Source: Macrostomum lignano
Taxonomy: Eukaryota
Length of the DNA stretch: 64,000 nt
Direction: 5' to 3'
Assembly: GCA_002269645.1 (NCBI GenBank)
Contig: NIVC01001977.1
Coordinates: 14,041-78,040, forward strand
The notes beneath the pieces were generated by a model that did not search any database, was not told where the DNA came from, and saw only the letters and a list, made by a program, of their open reading frames with translations. The translations under genes and the position numbers were made by a program. Positions within the stretch are counted from its first letter, which is position 1. Each line of letters begins with the position of its first letter. Of the stretch, positions 63,491 to 64,000 are shown piece after piece.

Positions 63491-64000
63491 GGAATACTTT
63501 TGACTTAGGGGGAATGCCTATTATATTTGTGAAAGCTTTATTTTGTTGTGTACTTTTATTACTTTTAGACAAGAGATTCAAAGCAGGCATCTTTGTCCAT
63601 GACAATTTTACTTAAATATAAGATGATCTATAAACCAAAAAAGGAATCAGTTTTCAAGAAAATGTGTTTCTTTAATGGATTTGCATGAATAATTTTTGCT
63701 CTTTACTTATTTGGTGCCCTGAAAGGAGGCACTAGATTGCTAGTTTCCTATCTAAAAAACAAATTTTTTTTGGACAAAAAATGCTATAACTTTTTTATTA
63801 CTCAACCAAAATTAATAAGTGAAGCCATTTTGTGATGTTGTTATTGTCCTCTATCAGATGCATATCTAAAAAGAAATAAATTTAAAAGTTTCAAAATCTC
63901 ACTGGAGTCCCTATTGTCTTAGAGAAAAAACTTAAAAAATTATCTACCTTTAATATTAGGTTACGATGATAAAATATTGTCATCTTTTGTTATGTAAAAA

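Noticed and set aside
62959-63615. 218-aa Cys-rich 'GDACYL'-repeat protein
   Set aside because: It is a direct translation of the 17-18-bp minisatellite. The repeat register drifts between frames and the start is non-ATG.

Overview
Eukaryotic (probably invertebrate animal) heterochromatin-like window. About 75% is one 150-bp tandem satellite in two same-orientation arrays (1-~29,700, ~198 copies; ~37,090-55,430, ~122 copies). The arrays are each almost invariant but differ by a fixed G/C at monomer position 17. Between them lies a ~6-7 kb non-LTR retrotransposon (LINE, Jockey/I-group-like). Its intact ORF1 fuses an ALKBH3-like AlkB 2OG-Fe(II) dioxygenase with all catalytic residues (HxD...H...RxxxxxR) to an RGG linker, a pre-C2HC/RRM-like region and three CCHC zinc knuckles. 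Its ORF2 (APE endonuclease + RT) is broken by about 6-7 frameshifts and lacks a readable YADD motif. The AlkB-carrying LINE is the standout candidate for an undescribed system: a retroelement that may demethylate its own RNA or cDNA. The last 8.5 kb hold three nested MITE-like elements of one TIR family, each with its own perfect 8-bp TSD. They also hold a 1.3-kb TRIM-like non-autonomous LTR element (TG..CA LTRs, 4-bp TSD, tRNA-Trp-like PBS, PPT), two adjacent minisatellites and a possible Helitron-like 3' end. No host protein gene, RNA gene or CRISPR array is supported. The satellite junctions decay gradually, which suggests assembly or consensus artefacts and calls for caution about ORF2 indels and adjacency.
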